Positions 38,548 to 52,066 are shown, numbered from the stretch's first letter. The stretch is 64,000 nt of DNA from Stegostoma tigrinum (GCF_030684315.1 NC_081396.1:5332001-5396000), one strand, 5' to 3'. Numbers and translations: made by a program. Notes: generated by a model not told the origin, from the sequence alone.

Positions 38548-38872
38548 TTTTAATCATTCAGAGGAGGAGGGCGTCGCTGGTTAGGTAGCATTTATTGCCC
38601 ATCCCTAATTCCCCAGAGAGCAGTTAAGAGCCAACCACATTACTGTGGGTCTGCATTCACATGTAGGCGAAACAAGGTAAGAATGACAATTCCCTTCCCC
38701 AAAGGACATTCGTCAACCAGATGAGTTTTTCCTGACAATCGACAAAGGATCCACAGTCATTGTTAGATAGTTAATTTCAGATGTATATTGAATTCAAATT
38801 CCACCATCTGCCGTGGCAGGATTCGAACCCAGGTCCCCAGAACATGGTCTGAGTCGTTGGATTAACAATCAC
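38548..38872 (-). mobile_element. tRNA-derived SINE (second family)
   Basis: B-box-like ggattcgaacccagg on +. The body matches 33178-33510 and 44195-44400. Confidence 0.78.
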
Positions 38873-39699
38873 CTCCCTGGTGTTATATTACATTCAAATG
38901 CTGTCCAGCCAAATAATCTCCTCTATTTAGTACTTCCACTAAAATTTGACCAGCTGTCCAAACTTGTGTTCTCTGAATACTGACTTAACAATTCCTCATA
39001 AATTAATGTCAGTTGTCCTCTCAACTCACGCTCACAACCTAATTAAAATGGATTGCATTTATTTGATTCATTAGGTGAATCCCAAATTGCAAAAGACTCA
39101 AATAACTTGTATTGTCTTGAAAAATAAGCCCTCAACATGACATTTAGAGTTAAAAGCCCCTGTTCTAATGCTGTCTGTGACTCTGAATTGTACACATTGA
39201 AATGAACAATTTCATTCCTAAGCTATCCATAATGTTACTGAATAATTTTGATCCGAATGCATCTTTGTGGGTGGGCTATATCCACTTAAATAAAATGAAT
39301 AACTTTTCCACAATCTTTCTAGTCATGATATTGCATAATGAAATGCTCATCGGAAATCTAATATCGATCTCCATTATGGCCAACAGATATGGATTCCCAT
39401 TTCATATTTTTTTTCGGTAGGGGTGCTATGCAATCAATTAAGGGTTTTGTAAAAGTTTCCTCAGAAGCAAGAATGCATATTAAGGGTGTTGGTTTTATCA
39501 CTGCACGAGTTTTTCCAAATACCTGACATGTATAACATGTCTAGCAGCGTTCACCCACATCCTTATGCAGTCCAGGCCAATAAAAAAAATTGCATTTTGG
39601 CTTGATTTTATCTTACTCTCAAATGGCCACCTACTACCAATTCGTGTGTCATCTTCAACGCCTCCTTTCAATAACTTACAAGTAAACCACTTGATGAGC

Positions 39700-42600
39700 T
39701 CCTGTTCATGCATCATCTGCTTGGATATGTAATTGCCACCATTTCCCTATGAACATGTCATCTTTACAGCAGTAACATTCTAGAATACACTTAGATTCTT
39801 CTTCTTTATACACTTTGTGTTACAACTATTTTAGATTTTCATGTTTCTGTTGTAATTCAACGAATTTCTGTGAACTAAAAATACCTGTTTTGTCCTCCAA
39901 CTGATCTTGTTTTCTCAAACATTTGATCAAGTATAATCTCTGATAAGTCAGCTTCAACTTCCTTATCTTTACTCTTTGATTTCTCCACCTGCTTCGATAT
40001 GTTGGATGATGACCTTGTTACCAAACTCTCAGGAAGACTCCTCGGGCATGTAACTCCACAGCTTCCTGATTTTCCACTGGCTTTTCAATCACAGTAGGTG
40101 TCAATCCACTCTGTGATTAACTGATATCTTTACTGACTATAAATTGTGTTACTTGAAAAGGGAATTTCCCGACTATTCACATCACAACTTCATCACATTT
40201 CACTGAATTATCTGACTTCAATTGCGCTTGACCCTCTTGCCATTAATTTCAAATATCACCACTCTCTTTTCTGGATATACTCCTGAATTTTAAGCTCCAC
40301 ATCTCCCACCCTCAAAGACAGACTTGCGCACATATATCTTAAAATCCTAATTGCTTCACCTACTCCACATGATCTCCATGAGTAAACCCTACCAGCGTAA
40401 GTAAGCTCCTTAAAAGAGATCTGGAACTTCGTTTTCAACCAACCCTGTACATGTTGCAGATTTCTTCCAACTTTTTACCTTCTACTATGTTCCACTTCAA
40501 CAAAACTGCTGGTTCATCCTGACTTCACGCATCCGTCTTCCCAATTGTTTCCATAAACCACCAACACTGCAGCTTCACGTTGCCTACTTTAATACAGTGT
40601 AAACAACTGAGCATTTTGCTTCTTTTTCTCCATAATATTTTCTTTTACTCTGGAATAAACTGTCCTCACTATCTTCAATGACTTCTCCTTTTTTGCTTAC
40701 CACTCGAGGATTTCCCCTCCTCCAAATTTTGCATCCCTCACAGATTGAAATTGAAGTCAGAAGCCAAACTTTAGACAAATTAATAACCATCTGTCATTTC
40801 TGTTGCTAATCTTTCAGTCTTAAATCTCTGCCCTTCTCTGCCCTTTTCATAATAGCTCTCAGCACTGCAAAAATGAAATGAATCTTTGAGCTTGTACAAA
40901 ATACTCGCGGCATCTTTGTCTCTCTAAACGCATTGTTTGTTTGATCAATTTTCAATGTCCCTATCTACCAATCAAAATTATTTTGCTTGATCCATTCTAA
41001 CTCTATGTACATTCAAACAGGTTCCCTCCTTAGATTCCAAAAAACTTTGTCTGTAGGCTCCTGGTATGCACATATACAAAGCAAAGCGGGCTGTTTAGCC
41101 TCGTCAGACTCCCCATGTATCCCCTCTGATAATATTGCAAATACAGTTCTCGCTTTACCGAGGAACATTGCTTGGATCAATAACACCCACATTGTCACCT
41201 GCCATTTAATTTGTTTAACCACTTTCTCAATAAAATGAAAAGGTCTTCCACATCCTTCGTGCCAAACCTTGGCAACACTTGGGCATATTTGAACGGATCT
41301 CCACCAAGGCGTTATTGAAGGTAGAATTGCTGTCTATATCTATCTTCATTGCTATTCCTACACGTCAGATGGACCTCTGCTATTTTAGGCCTACTTTGAG
41401 TCCACAGTTCCAACTCTGGAGTTCAAAAACCTTTCTCTTGCCCCTTTTCTTCTGTGAGAGATATTCCGTGTTTCTGTCCTTCCTCTGCTACAGCACTTCT
41501 CTTTCTGCTCTCCTTCCTCAACAACATCCCATACAGGAACAAAAACAAAGTTGCTGGAAAATCTCAGCAGATCTGGCAGCATCTGTGGATGAGAAAACTG
41601 AGTTAATGTTTTGGGCCCGGTGACCCTTCCTCAGTTCCGAGGAAGGGTCACCGGACCCGAAACATTAACTCTGTTTTCTCCTCCACAGATGCTGCCAGAA
41701 CTGCTGAGATTTTACCGCAACTGTGTTTTTGTTCCTGATTTACAACATCTGCAGTTCTTAAGGTTTTATTTAGCATCTTGTACAACTTCACATGATGTCC
41801 CAATTCCCATACTAAAAGTCTGAGGAATAAGGGCAAGCATGCTAAATGTCTTCTGAATCAACCTGTGTATGGGTGATGCAATTTTCAAAGAACGCCAAGG
41901 TATCATTACTCAAAAACAGCACCCAGGGTCCTGCAATTAACCAAATAAATTCCGGCCTTGTTTGCTATACCAAAATGCAATACCTCAGATTAATCCAAAT
42001 TGATCTAGCTCTACCATTCCTCAGCTAATGCACCCAATTTCTCGAGAAGTTTTAAAAATAATCTTAGTTTATCCTCTTCACTGTCCACTATGCAACTAAT
42101 GTTGGTGTCATCCACAAACTTACCAATCATACCTTCTACATTCTCAACTAAATCATTTAAATAAATGATAAACCCAAGGTGCCTCATCACCACAGAACGG
42201 TGAGATGTAAATTGGGAGCTTGGCTGTAGGGAGAGTTCCACTGCCTCTGTTTAATTTATCCTTCCAGATGACAGATATCGTAGGAAGTAGAGATGCTGCT
42301 GGAGGGCACTTGGTGAGTAACCGCAGTGAATTTTGTGGATTGTGCATATTGCTGTCAACAGTGCATCAGTTCTGAATGTTGCAGGAGGAAGATGGAATGT
42401 CTGCTAATCAGGATACTTAGCCATTGATATTGTCGAGCTTCATTGTTCCAGATAGGTGGAAAGTATTTCATCACACTCCAGACTTTTACTTTCGAGCTAT
42501 AGTACAGGCATGGAGAAGACAGGGAATGAGCCACTTGGCACAGTGAACATAGCTTCTCAAATATCAATGGAGATACAATATTTATATCATGAACGAAGTT

Positions 42601-43400
42601 ATGCTAATGCCTGAGGTTGTGGGCAGTCAGAGATTCAGCAATGTTAACGTCATTGAAACTCTAGACGCAATGATGAAAGCATTTGTTGTTCAAAATGGTC
42701 GCTGCATGGAACTTGGCTGATGCAAATGTTAGTTTCACTTATCAGTTAAGTTTGTGTATTGTCCAGATCTTCCACATCATCATGAAGACGAACTATTGCA
42801 ATACCTGAGGAGTGGCGACTGGTTCAGAACATTGTGCAATCATCATCAATTAATCCCACTTTTGACATTATGAGGCCATTGATGAAGCATATGCAGATTG
42901 TTGGAACAAGAATATTGATTTGAAGAACTCCTGAAGTTTCCGCAGGCATAGAAGCCTGACTCACGGCAAAAAATATCATCTTCCTTTATGTTAGACAGCA
43001 TAAAGTTGTTCTCCAGAATGTTATCAATTGTATTTTAGATAGGGATCCTTGACACTATGTTCGTCAAATGCTGCCTACATGTCATGAGCAGTCTCTCTCC
43101 TCTCTTACCTGGAGTTCGTTTCTTGTTTCAATGTTTGAACTAAGGCTGTAATTTCATCAGAACCTGAGTGATCCTAGCAGCACCCAATATGTGTCAATGA
43201 TCTGCGTGAGCACAGCCTGATGGCGCTGTCAACAAGATCATCCAACTCCTTGCTGGTGATAGAGAGTGGACTGATGGGTCATGAATTGGTCAGATTGGAT
43301 TTGCCCTTATTTTGTGTACAAAACGTATTTGGGTAATTTTACATGTTTTCAGATAGATGTCATTGTTGATGCTGAAATTGAACTACTTGGCTAAGGAAAC
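39700..43400 (-). mobile_element. Mosaic of old LINE (CR1/L2-clade) fragments
   Basis: Remnant motifs such as FIIYLNDLVENVEGMIGKFVDDTNI (42011-42241) plus L2-like decayed RT sequence. Boundaries are uncertain. Confidence 0.55.
41534..41770. mobile_element. Long hairpin element (about 99-bp inverted arms), Penelope-terminus type
   Basis: Arms 41534-41632 and 41639-41737 around the loop AGTTCC. Relatives at 13588-13830, 33950-34070, 48937-49127, 57000-57135 and 59470-59640. Confidence 0.88.
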
Positions 43401-43619
43401 TAATAGCTTGAATTACACATATTGGAAACATAATCCAGAGCACATTCTGATAATTGCGCATCTCAGCTCGTGCTCAAACTGCTTTTCAACCTGGATTTAT
43501 CAACAGGGACGTTCTGAGAAATGAGGGTAAGGCTTGTCAGCAAAATAAATCTTACTTTTTCCTTGATGCCAGTGAAGATCATGGGTATTCGAGTCAATCT
43601 GAGGAATCTAGGGCAACAC

Positions 43620-43908
43620 GTAGAATCCCTAAAGTGTGGAAGCAGGATATTCTGCCCATCAAGTCCACACCACCCCTCCAAAGGGTATCCCACTGAGACT
43701 CACTGTATCCCTCCATTTCCCACTGTAGACACTACTGGCAATTTACACAATCCACCTAACATGCACAAATTTGGACTGTGAGAGGAAACCACAGCAATTT
43801 CAGGAAACTCGCCCACATGCGGGGAGAATGAGCAAACTCCACACAGACAGTTGCCTGTGGCTGGAATGAAACCCAGGTCCTCGTGATGTAGCACTGCTGG
43901 CCACTGAA
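43620..43908 (-). mobile_element. HE1/V-SINE-like element
   Basis: ggagaatgagcaaactccacacagacagttgcctgtggctggaatgaaacccagg head, with a CR1-derived tail. Confidence 0.82.
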
Positions 43909-45860
43909 TTCAGAAGCCACTCAACAGATTTTCGATTCTGTTCTGATACGCCTAATGAGATGTAGCCAGGGATGATTATGATGGAGATATCAGGGTCATT
44001 CTCTAATAGATATGATTCAATGTGTTTGACAATGTCAGGCTATTGTTTGTTTTATTTTTGGGTTATCTTTTGCAATTTTGGCACCAGCTCCCAAATGATT
44101 GTAACGAGGATTTCCAGGGCCGACCTGACTAGGTTTCCATCATCAGGCTTGTTTTGATTTAACTAAATGATTTGTGACGCCATTTCAAAGGAAAACTAAT
44201 GGCCAATGCATTACTGGTGATTCTGGAGTCACACGCTGGTTATACTAAGTTTAAATGGCCGATTTCATTCTCTAAAGCACGTTTGTGAGCCAGTTTGAGG
44301 TTTAATAGTGACTACATTACTCAAAAATTTAAATCGATGTTTACTGAATTCAAATTCACCATCTTTTGTGGTGGAATTTAATTACTATTAATGGCACTGA
44401 TAGCACTGCTGTACTCCCTCTGCTGCCTGAAGTAGTGTTACTCTCGGCACTTGTTATCTTAATATTAACGGCTGCCTCACTGGCGTGTATCTCTTGATTC
44501 AGCAAGTTCTAAGTATTGTCGTCCATGTCTAAAGTGTTTTCTTCAGTGTAAAGATCCCATGCAAATATTAACTGAAGATAATCCTCCACACTATTCTAAA
44601 ACAATTCACGGAACATCATTTATTACAACAGCAGCTCACATATTCATGCATGCAATATAATGCCCTTTTACAGCTCTCAGGGCACAAATCCATGTCCTTT
44701 TTCTCTTATTATAGACTTTTGGTCACTATGTATTTCATAAAGCTATGTAATGAATTATCATTAATTAAGTTTGGTACTGTTTATAATGCACTAATTACAA
44801 TCCTTCACTATGCTGCAGTTGATTTGCACGCTGTAATTTTAGATGAGGTCAGTTTAGTGTGCATTAAGCTTGACTATGTGTATGCTTATATGCCACCAGG
44901 CCAAATCTCGTTTGTTACTGCAGTGAACGACTTATTAAACTGGAGTAGACTGACATGTATGAGTTGGGCAGAAGGACACATTTCTCTGCATATGACACTC
45001 AGTCTAAGTCTTGAGACTCTTGCTCTGTTGCCACTGGCCTGCTCAAGGTCATGCCCAATAAATACTTGGCATTACGATGTTAATATTTGTATTGAGTGAG
45101 GCCTGAATTCAGTTTGCATTTCACGAGGCCATTATCATGCCCCTGTTAGACTGCATGTTAAATACTACCTTTGGCCTTTATTGTACGTACATTTAAATGT
45201 GAATAAAAGGGCTGTTGTCAGTATTGGAGTCAATGCTGGTGAGTAGAAGAAATATTGGTGCATGGATCAGGTTCTATCATGATGGTTAATGCATGAGACT
45301 TTCTTGATTATTCCTATCAAATTTCTCCTATCACTGTTCCTTTATATAGTCTGTATCTCTCGTTGTCTTTGGTGCTATATTTCTAATCTAGATAGAAGTT
45401 GCTATTTCAACTGGACACGTCCTTACTTTTAACGTCGCAGACCATTCCCCAATAATTAGAGCATTTGAAATTCTGAAGCAGAAGTCGAAAAATTGAATAC
45501 CTGCCTGCATTTCTGGACCACCAAGAGAAACGAAGCATTCCGTACTTTTGCAGTGTGAAGAATTTACATGTCACATGAACTTAGATGCGCCCCCATTGTT
45601 GGTGATTTTAAATAGTTCAACTGTTCAGGCCACGTCAAGGCATAAAGGAAGATAGCCCTGATTAACAAATTAAACAAGACAACCGATCTGAAAGGTAGTA
45701 TGAAAAATAATATTTGAAAAGTAAAACCGATAATAAAGATCAATTTTAGATGTCATAATTTGGCAAGAGGACATGTAGGTAGATAGAAAACCATGGTTTG
45801 TGTGGAGGAGAACGGCAGACATTTATATGAGGAATTTGTCCGTCCAAGAGACGACTGTGC

Positions 45861-46418
45861 CTGCATTGCCAATGTTACAAATGGAAGGCATGAAACCAGA
45901 AGTTAATTTGTTTCTTTGCAAAGTAGTAACTGAGGTGCATGACCCAAATTAATTGTTTCTCTGAAACGCTAAATAATAATAAATCTAGCACTCTTTGGAC
46001 GTGTGGCAGAGCTTAGTTTTTTTTTTCAATTGCTTTCATTCCTGAAAAACGATGTGTGGACCTGCAAAAGGATTCTTCTTTGGAATTGCCTACTTCGTTA
46101 TCGCTGTTATTTTTGGCCCTGATAGGAATTCGCCCATCTAAGAGATGTCAGCAGCTGCATTGCCAACGTTACAATGGAAAGCATCAAACCAGGAGTTAAT
46201 CTGTTTGTTCATAGAGTTGTAACTGAGGTGCATGATCCAACTTATTTTTTTTTCTCTGAAACTCTAAATAATAATAAATCTGGCACTCTTTGGATGTGTG
46301 GCAGGGCTTACTTTTTTTCAACTGCTTTAGTTCTTGAAAAATAAAAACTATGCGTGGGCCAGCAAAAGGACTCTTCTTCAGAATTGCCTACTTCATTATC
46401 GCTGTTATTGTTGACGCT
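45861..46418 (+). repeat. Tandem duplication, two units of about 260 bp
   Basis: 45861-46120 and 46155-46418 both run ctgcattgccaa.gttaca...gaattgcctacttc.ttatcgctgttatt. Confidence 0.92.
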
Positions 46419-46954
46419 AGTAAATAATAGATGACACATGGATAATGCTGATTTATATTCTGTAAATCGTTGGAATCTGTGCCTTTCAGGTCAAAGCTGA
46501 TATTTTGTTTCCAGAATTCGGCGCTTTTTGAGTTTTAGGTAGATCAACTAGGCAACAATATTTTGAGCTGTCACTTTATGCACGAATGTGTTATCGAACT
46601 TTAAAATATATTGGTCAATTTGTTGCATGGGAATGTTAAAATTGTATAATTAACTTGCGCGCTGAAATATGAATTTTAATGGTTGACATTGCTTGAACAT
46701 TAGTCTGTTATATATCTGATTACTAGATTTTGTTATAATGTCGCAAAGTAAACTCAAAGGACTTAGTGACACATCAGTAAATATGAGTCACGATGTAGGT
46801 CGGGTCGTTCCATTTAATTTCAGATGGATGCAAATGGATAAATTATTGTAGTTACAAATAGGAAGTGAGATTAATCAAAATGAGGTGCTGCTAGGTAGGG
46901 AGCCATTTTATGCTCAATGTGTACCTAGACATGTTATGAACTGGACACTGTATG

Positions 46955-47260
46955 AACACTGGAGACCCGATTTCGAATTCAGCCTTAGGTGGCTGCCTCT
47001 GTCGAGTTTGCACATTGTCCCCGCATCTGCATAGATTTCTGCCTCGTGCTCCGGTTTCCTCCCACAGTCCAAAGATATTCAGGTTAGGTGGATTAGCCAA
47101 GCTGAATTCCGCCATATCATCCAGGTGATATGGAGGCTGGGTGGGTTATCCATGGCAAATGCAGAGGTATGAAAACAGGATGAGAATGGATGAGATGCTC
47201 ATCGAGTTTTGGCAAAGACCCGATGTGACAAATTGCCTCTTTCCACACAGTAATGATTCC
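46955..47260 (+). mobile_element. HE1/V-SINE-like element
   Basis: gtgctccggtttcctcccacagtccaaagat..caggttaggtggattagcca core. Confidence 0.8.
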
Positions 47261-47762
47261 ATATTTATATACTTTCTGAATGGTTAAGTGGATATTACCA
47301 AAATGTAGAAATTTCAGTGAGACGAATGTAAATAACTCCAGTATTTCCAAATGATATATCCACCAATGAATTTATGATTTTAGAGGAGGCATTATCTGCA
47401 AGTGACTGGGAATTCTTTAGATGATATCAATGACAGGCTGGACAAGACAATAGCTGGCATTTGGAATCACAGCAATAGCATCTCTCTGTTTTGACTTCTT
47501 CCAGCCAACTTGGCGGCACTCATGATCCTATCCTGAGGATGGTGCGGAGTCACACGTTGCATCATCTACTATCTGATGGCGAAAGACGTCGTTGACTTTC
47601 TTGTTATTATAACTGGGTGCATTCTGAATTGGTTCAGCTCGTTTTACCGAAGTTAAACTGCCCTGTCTACTACCTCAGTGTGTGCATTTAGTGCAGCTTT
47701 GGTTTACATCAGCCAAGATTGATCAGTCTGGCTGACAGAGCCCTTCACTAATGATCATTTTG

Positions 47763-47776
47763 TTGCCATCTGCTGG
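47763..47776 (-). promoter_or_regulatory. CTCF-binding motif
   Basis: Minus strand CCAGCAGATGGCAA; same orientation as the 30904 motif. Confidence 0.55.
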
Positions 47777-48012
47777 CAGAGCCTGAATATCAGCTACTGC
47801 ACCAAAAAGAATGCTTCGCCTGTCACAGGAATAATCTGTACCATGTTTTGCATCAAAAACCTACCTTTGCATTTTGTTTCTAAACCCTTACTTGCACTGG
47901 ACAGGATGCCTTTGTTCTGTAGCATAAAAAGACACCTTCTACACCTTACCTGCTTGGTAGGCTAACCACTAGCTTGAGCGAATTTTAACCCAATTTTTCC
48001 CGTTCTATCCAA

Positions 48013-48316
48013 GTGGAAAACGATAGCTCAGTGATTAGCACAGCTGCCTCACAGCGTCAGGAACCCAAATACTATTCCACCCTCGAGTGACTGTCTATTT
48101 GGGGTTTGTACATTGTCTCTGTATCTTCATGTGTTTCCTCCAGGTGTTCTGGTTTCCTCCCACAGTCCAGGTTAGCTGAATTGGCCATGCTAAATTGCCT
48201 TAGTGCTCAGGGATGCATAGATTATGCGGCTTATAGTGGTGTGGGTTGCTCTGATTGTCGGTGTGGACTGGTTGGACCAAAGGGCCTGTTTCCACACCGC
48301 AGGGGTTCTATGAATC
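48013..48316 (+). mobile_element. HE1/V-SINE-like element
   Basis: tRNA head gctcagtgattagcacagctgcctcacagcgtcaggaaccc; core ggtttcctcccacagtcc; tail gggcctgtttccacac..ttctatga. Confidence 0.85.
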
Positions 48317-50274
48317 AATGTCATCCTACTGATCAACTTTCTCACCACAGCCGTATCGTAGAAGTCAGCAGAGCACGAAAAAGACTCTGTGACTTTAGAA
48401 ATGTTGAAGACTATATGGTGGCCAAGTGTAAGATGTTCATTTCTGCTATTCACCATCCCTCTCAGCTTTCTCCACCTGAGGGGCACATAGGTTGGACGAT
48501 TCTCCTACATTCAGGTTACAGGAAACGATTACTTTGGTGGTCTGGATTTCAACGACCGACAATGCATCATCTCAGAGATGTCAAATATGCTCCAGTTAGT
48601 CAGTTACTGCAACCATGCCTTCTTTTATATGTCAGAACAAGTTCCGAGAGGAAAGGAAGGAGTTGCTGATGTGTCCTCTTGACACAATTGCCTGTTACTT
48701 TTAAAAGACAACTTTTTTCTCATTGTTTCTCAGTCGGTTACGATATATTACAAATAATGTGTGTTTAAGCTCCTGAACTCGCGATATAAAGGACTCATCT
48801 TGGGCTCTCGCTGTTACCAATAATTACAGAATACAGAATAATTGAAGGTGCAGCATTTCCGGGTGAGATGGAAAACGACAGTCGAAATCTACGATAACTA
48901 TTAAGAATTTCTGAGAGAGATGGAAGAAATTATTCATGGGCCAAAAACAAAGTTGCTAGATAAGCTCAGCAGGTCTGGCAGTATCTCAGAACAGAGGAAG
49001 GGGTCACCAGCCCAGAAACATTAACTCTGATTTCTCCTGCACAGATACTGCCAGACCTGATGAGCTGTTTCAACGACTTTATTTTTGTTCCCGATTGACC
49101 GCATCTGCCGTTCTTTCGATTTTTATTGAAATTATTCACGGAATTTCCCTAAAGATGAGGAAACTCAATAACGTCTGAAGATTGGAGAAGTTGTTCCCAC
49201 TTGCCTGGGAGAAGAAAAAGAAAAATAATTGAATGCATATCGGGTAGAGGTATTGAAAATTAAAAGGAGCTTGCGCATACTGGAGGAGGGTAGCAGTTCC
49301 CATTTATATAACGATTGTCATACAGAGAATAATACACATCTTCTGTAATTGGGAAACCAAGGAACAAATGACGTGATAGTTTTGGTAAGTACCGTGAAAA
49401 TTTAGGATTTATGGTACACAAACTGAGAATCTGTTTGAGGCAGGATCCACAGAGACTTTTAAAATGTAGAGGTGCATAAACTGAAAAGTTGAAAAATGTC
49501 TGGTCTATGGAAGGCGATTGGCCCTAGATAATTTGTTCTTTCAGAGGACACTCAAAAGATGAATAGTTGCTGTTTGTGTTCCCATCTTTCTAGAAGCCTA
49601 TGATTACTATTAGCAACAGAAACTCAAATCTACTTTTCATAGCAACTCTGTCCTGTGGATGGCAGTGAAGTGACGATTACGGAGACTAAGTGAAGCTGGT
49701 GTTGCTTAAAAACTGAACCTTGCTGTACTCTGTTTCTGTTTATATAACACTAAGCAAGACCAGTTACTACATCGGAACATATGTCATAGGGCTCGCATAG
49801 TTTTCCATTTGATCATGCTTCAATAATCAACAGGACCATGTCTAGTCTGGTTGTTCTTTCACTTTCAGTTGTACGTCTTCGTCCATTAACTGTTGGTTTC
49901 CTTGTCAATCAAAAATGCACCGAACTAGACTTGCATAAATTTAAAGCCACAGCCAAAAGTATCATTTACAAAAAAACACTTTAGTGTAACAATGACTCTC
50001 TGCAGGATGTGAAAGTAATTTTAAAACATGGTGTTAAGTTTCCTTTTTATGTACTTTCAAGCAATGTTCTGCTTTAAAAAAATGTAGCCTTTTGCATTAC
50101 TATTCCAGTTCATTCTCTGCGTTTCAAATTTTGATTTAAGCGTTAATTTTCTAGATCAGGATTGTAACAAATTGTACTTCGTCTATAATTCGAAAATCAA
50201 AGATTCGAATATTTGTGCTGAAATTTCCTCTGAACTTTACTGACAATATTTCATGGCGAACTTTTCTAATTGCG

Positions 50275-50436
50275 NNNNNNNNNNNNNNNNNNNNNNNNNN
50301 NNNNNNNNNNNNNNNNNNNNNNNNNNNNNNNNNNNNNNNNNNNNNNNNNNNNNNNNNNNNNNNNNNNNNNNNNNNNNNNNNNNNNNNNNNNNNNNNNNNN
50401 NNNNNNNNNNNNNNNNNNNNNNNNNNNNNNNNNNNN
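50275..50436. other. Assembly gap
   Basis: Run of N. Confidence 1.
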
Positions 50437-50594
50437 TGCTCTACACAATGTTACAAATGGAATGTAAATTCAGTTCATGCACAACCTGGAATTAGTCAGT
50501 TCCAGTAATGGTGGACGTGAAATGGTAATCAATTGGTATGTTTAATTGAAAATATATTTCTCTATCATTTAGAGAAAACATGTGCCAAAGTTAC

Positions 50595-50823
50595 CTGGCA
50601 CTGCAGTTAATTCTCAGTTGACCTCTGAATATATTTTGCAACACACTCAGTTCAAGGGTATTTAAGAAAGTGTAATAAACGCTGACTTTGGAGTGACAAC
50701 AGGGTGAATTTTCTAGATTTATCTTCCTCGGAGTTTGGTCATATAAACCACTCCCTCAAGCTGAAACTGTTGCAGCAGAACTGACAGACTCTGCAGTGTA
50801 TTACTTCTTTCAGAGCCCCAGAG
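50595..50823 (+). pseudogene. TCR alpha/delta V pseudogene fragment, same family as 32452-32758 but in opposite orientation
   Basis: W...EYILQHTQFK, then an insertion, then RF.SSEFGHINHSLKLKLL.AELTDSAVYYFFQS, versus EYVLKRNQYIK..RFSSEFDHVNRTIHLKVLNTELTDSAMYHCALNP. Cys104 is lost. The heptamer is CCCAGAG (50817-50823) and the nonamer is decayed. Confidence 0.8.
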
Positions 50824-51455
50824 ACTCAAAACTGAAATGGTCTCCAAATTCGTACTGATACATCGTACTTTTCATTGTAACACAAAGCTTTGATCATATG
50901 TAAATATATCCCTGAAATGAACAATTGTCATCAGTTTAATGAATGGAATAAAATTGAAGTCGTGCCATTCTCAGAAGTCTAAAGGTGTTTCACTGATACA
51001 ACGATGGAGTGTTTCAGAAAATGCAGCAGTTGATTTAGGCCCAGTAAAATCCTCCAGTTTGAGAGACATTGAACTATCACATGATTCTACTAATGGAACA
51101 CTGGAACAATCTGAACACAGGCAGACAGAAAGCAGTAGTGTGGGGAAGTCAACAGAGAAGGGCATTGTTTCACGTTGAAAACAGGAAGATCAGGCAGGCA
51201 GACAGCAAGAGAGAGGTCGAGCCTTCTGTTCATCACTACAAGAGAGACAGACAAAGAGGGAGAGATTGTATTGCCCATTTCTTTGGTTCAACATCTAAAA
51301 CCTCAGAGACTCGATTGTACAGAGGTACAGACACAGGGATATACACAAACATAGAAACACACATCAATACATACGAAACGCACAGAGGCATACTTACAAA
51401 CACACAAAAATATTTAGTAGTCAGGCATAGAGAGACAGACACAAACAGTTACAGA

Positions 51456-51593
51456 NNNNNNNNNNNNNNNNNNNNNNNNNNNNNNNNNNNNNNNNNNNNN
51501 NNNNNNNNNNNNNNNNNNNNNNNNNNNNNNNNNNNNNNNNNNNNNNNNNNNNNNNNNNNNNNNNNNNNNNNNNNNNNNNNNNNNNNNNNNNNN
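51456..51593. other. Assembly gap
   Basis: Run of N next to a CA/GA-rich tract. Confidence 1.
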
Positions 51594-51945
51594 AATCCAC
51601 ATTTTTGAAAAGGCGAAGGTCAGAGACAGGTCGAGAATAGAGCTGCTAAGAGGATTTCCCTCTGAGCTGGACTGTCTAGAACTGAGCTCACATTCTCTGG
51701 ATAATATTTCCATCTTTTAGGACTTACGTGAAGAGATATTTCTTCCCACAAAGGATTGTGAAAGCTTAGAAATCGAAATGGAATTTCTAATACATCAGCT
51801 AAATAATTCCACTACAATTACAACTTGTAAATTAACATCGGTAAACTTGGTGTGAAATTAATGAATGGTAACTGCAGAGAAAGAGAGTACTTTGTCCATT
51901 CTGGCTATGCCGTTCCCATAACATTCAGTGGTCACTCTACAGGTT

Positions 51946-52066
51946 TTAAAACTAGTCCCGAAACGTCAGCTTTTGTGCTCCTGAGATGCTGCTTGGCCTG
52001 CTGTGTTCATCCAGCCTCACATTTTATTATCTTGGATTCTCCAGCATCTGCAGTTCCTATTATATC
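51946..52066 (+). mobile_element. Penelope-terminus insertion with 14-bp target-site duplication
   Basis: TCACTCTACAGGTT at 51932-51945 and 52067-52080. Confidence 0.88.

Noticed and set aside
42539-42570. CACAGTG with A-rich sequence nearby (also isolated heptamers at 640, 54916 and 62922)
   Set aside because: No nonamer at 12 or 23 nt and no coding segment; expected by chance and inside repeats or the zinc-finger remnant.
50215-51713. ORFs containing X runs
   Set aside because: Artefacts of translation through N gaps.
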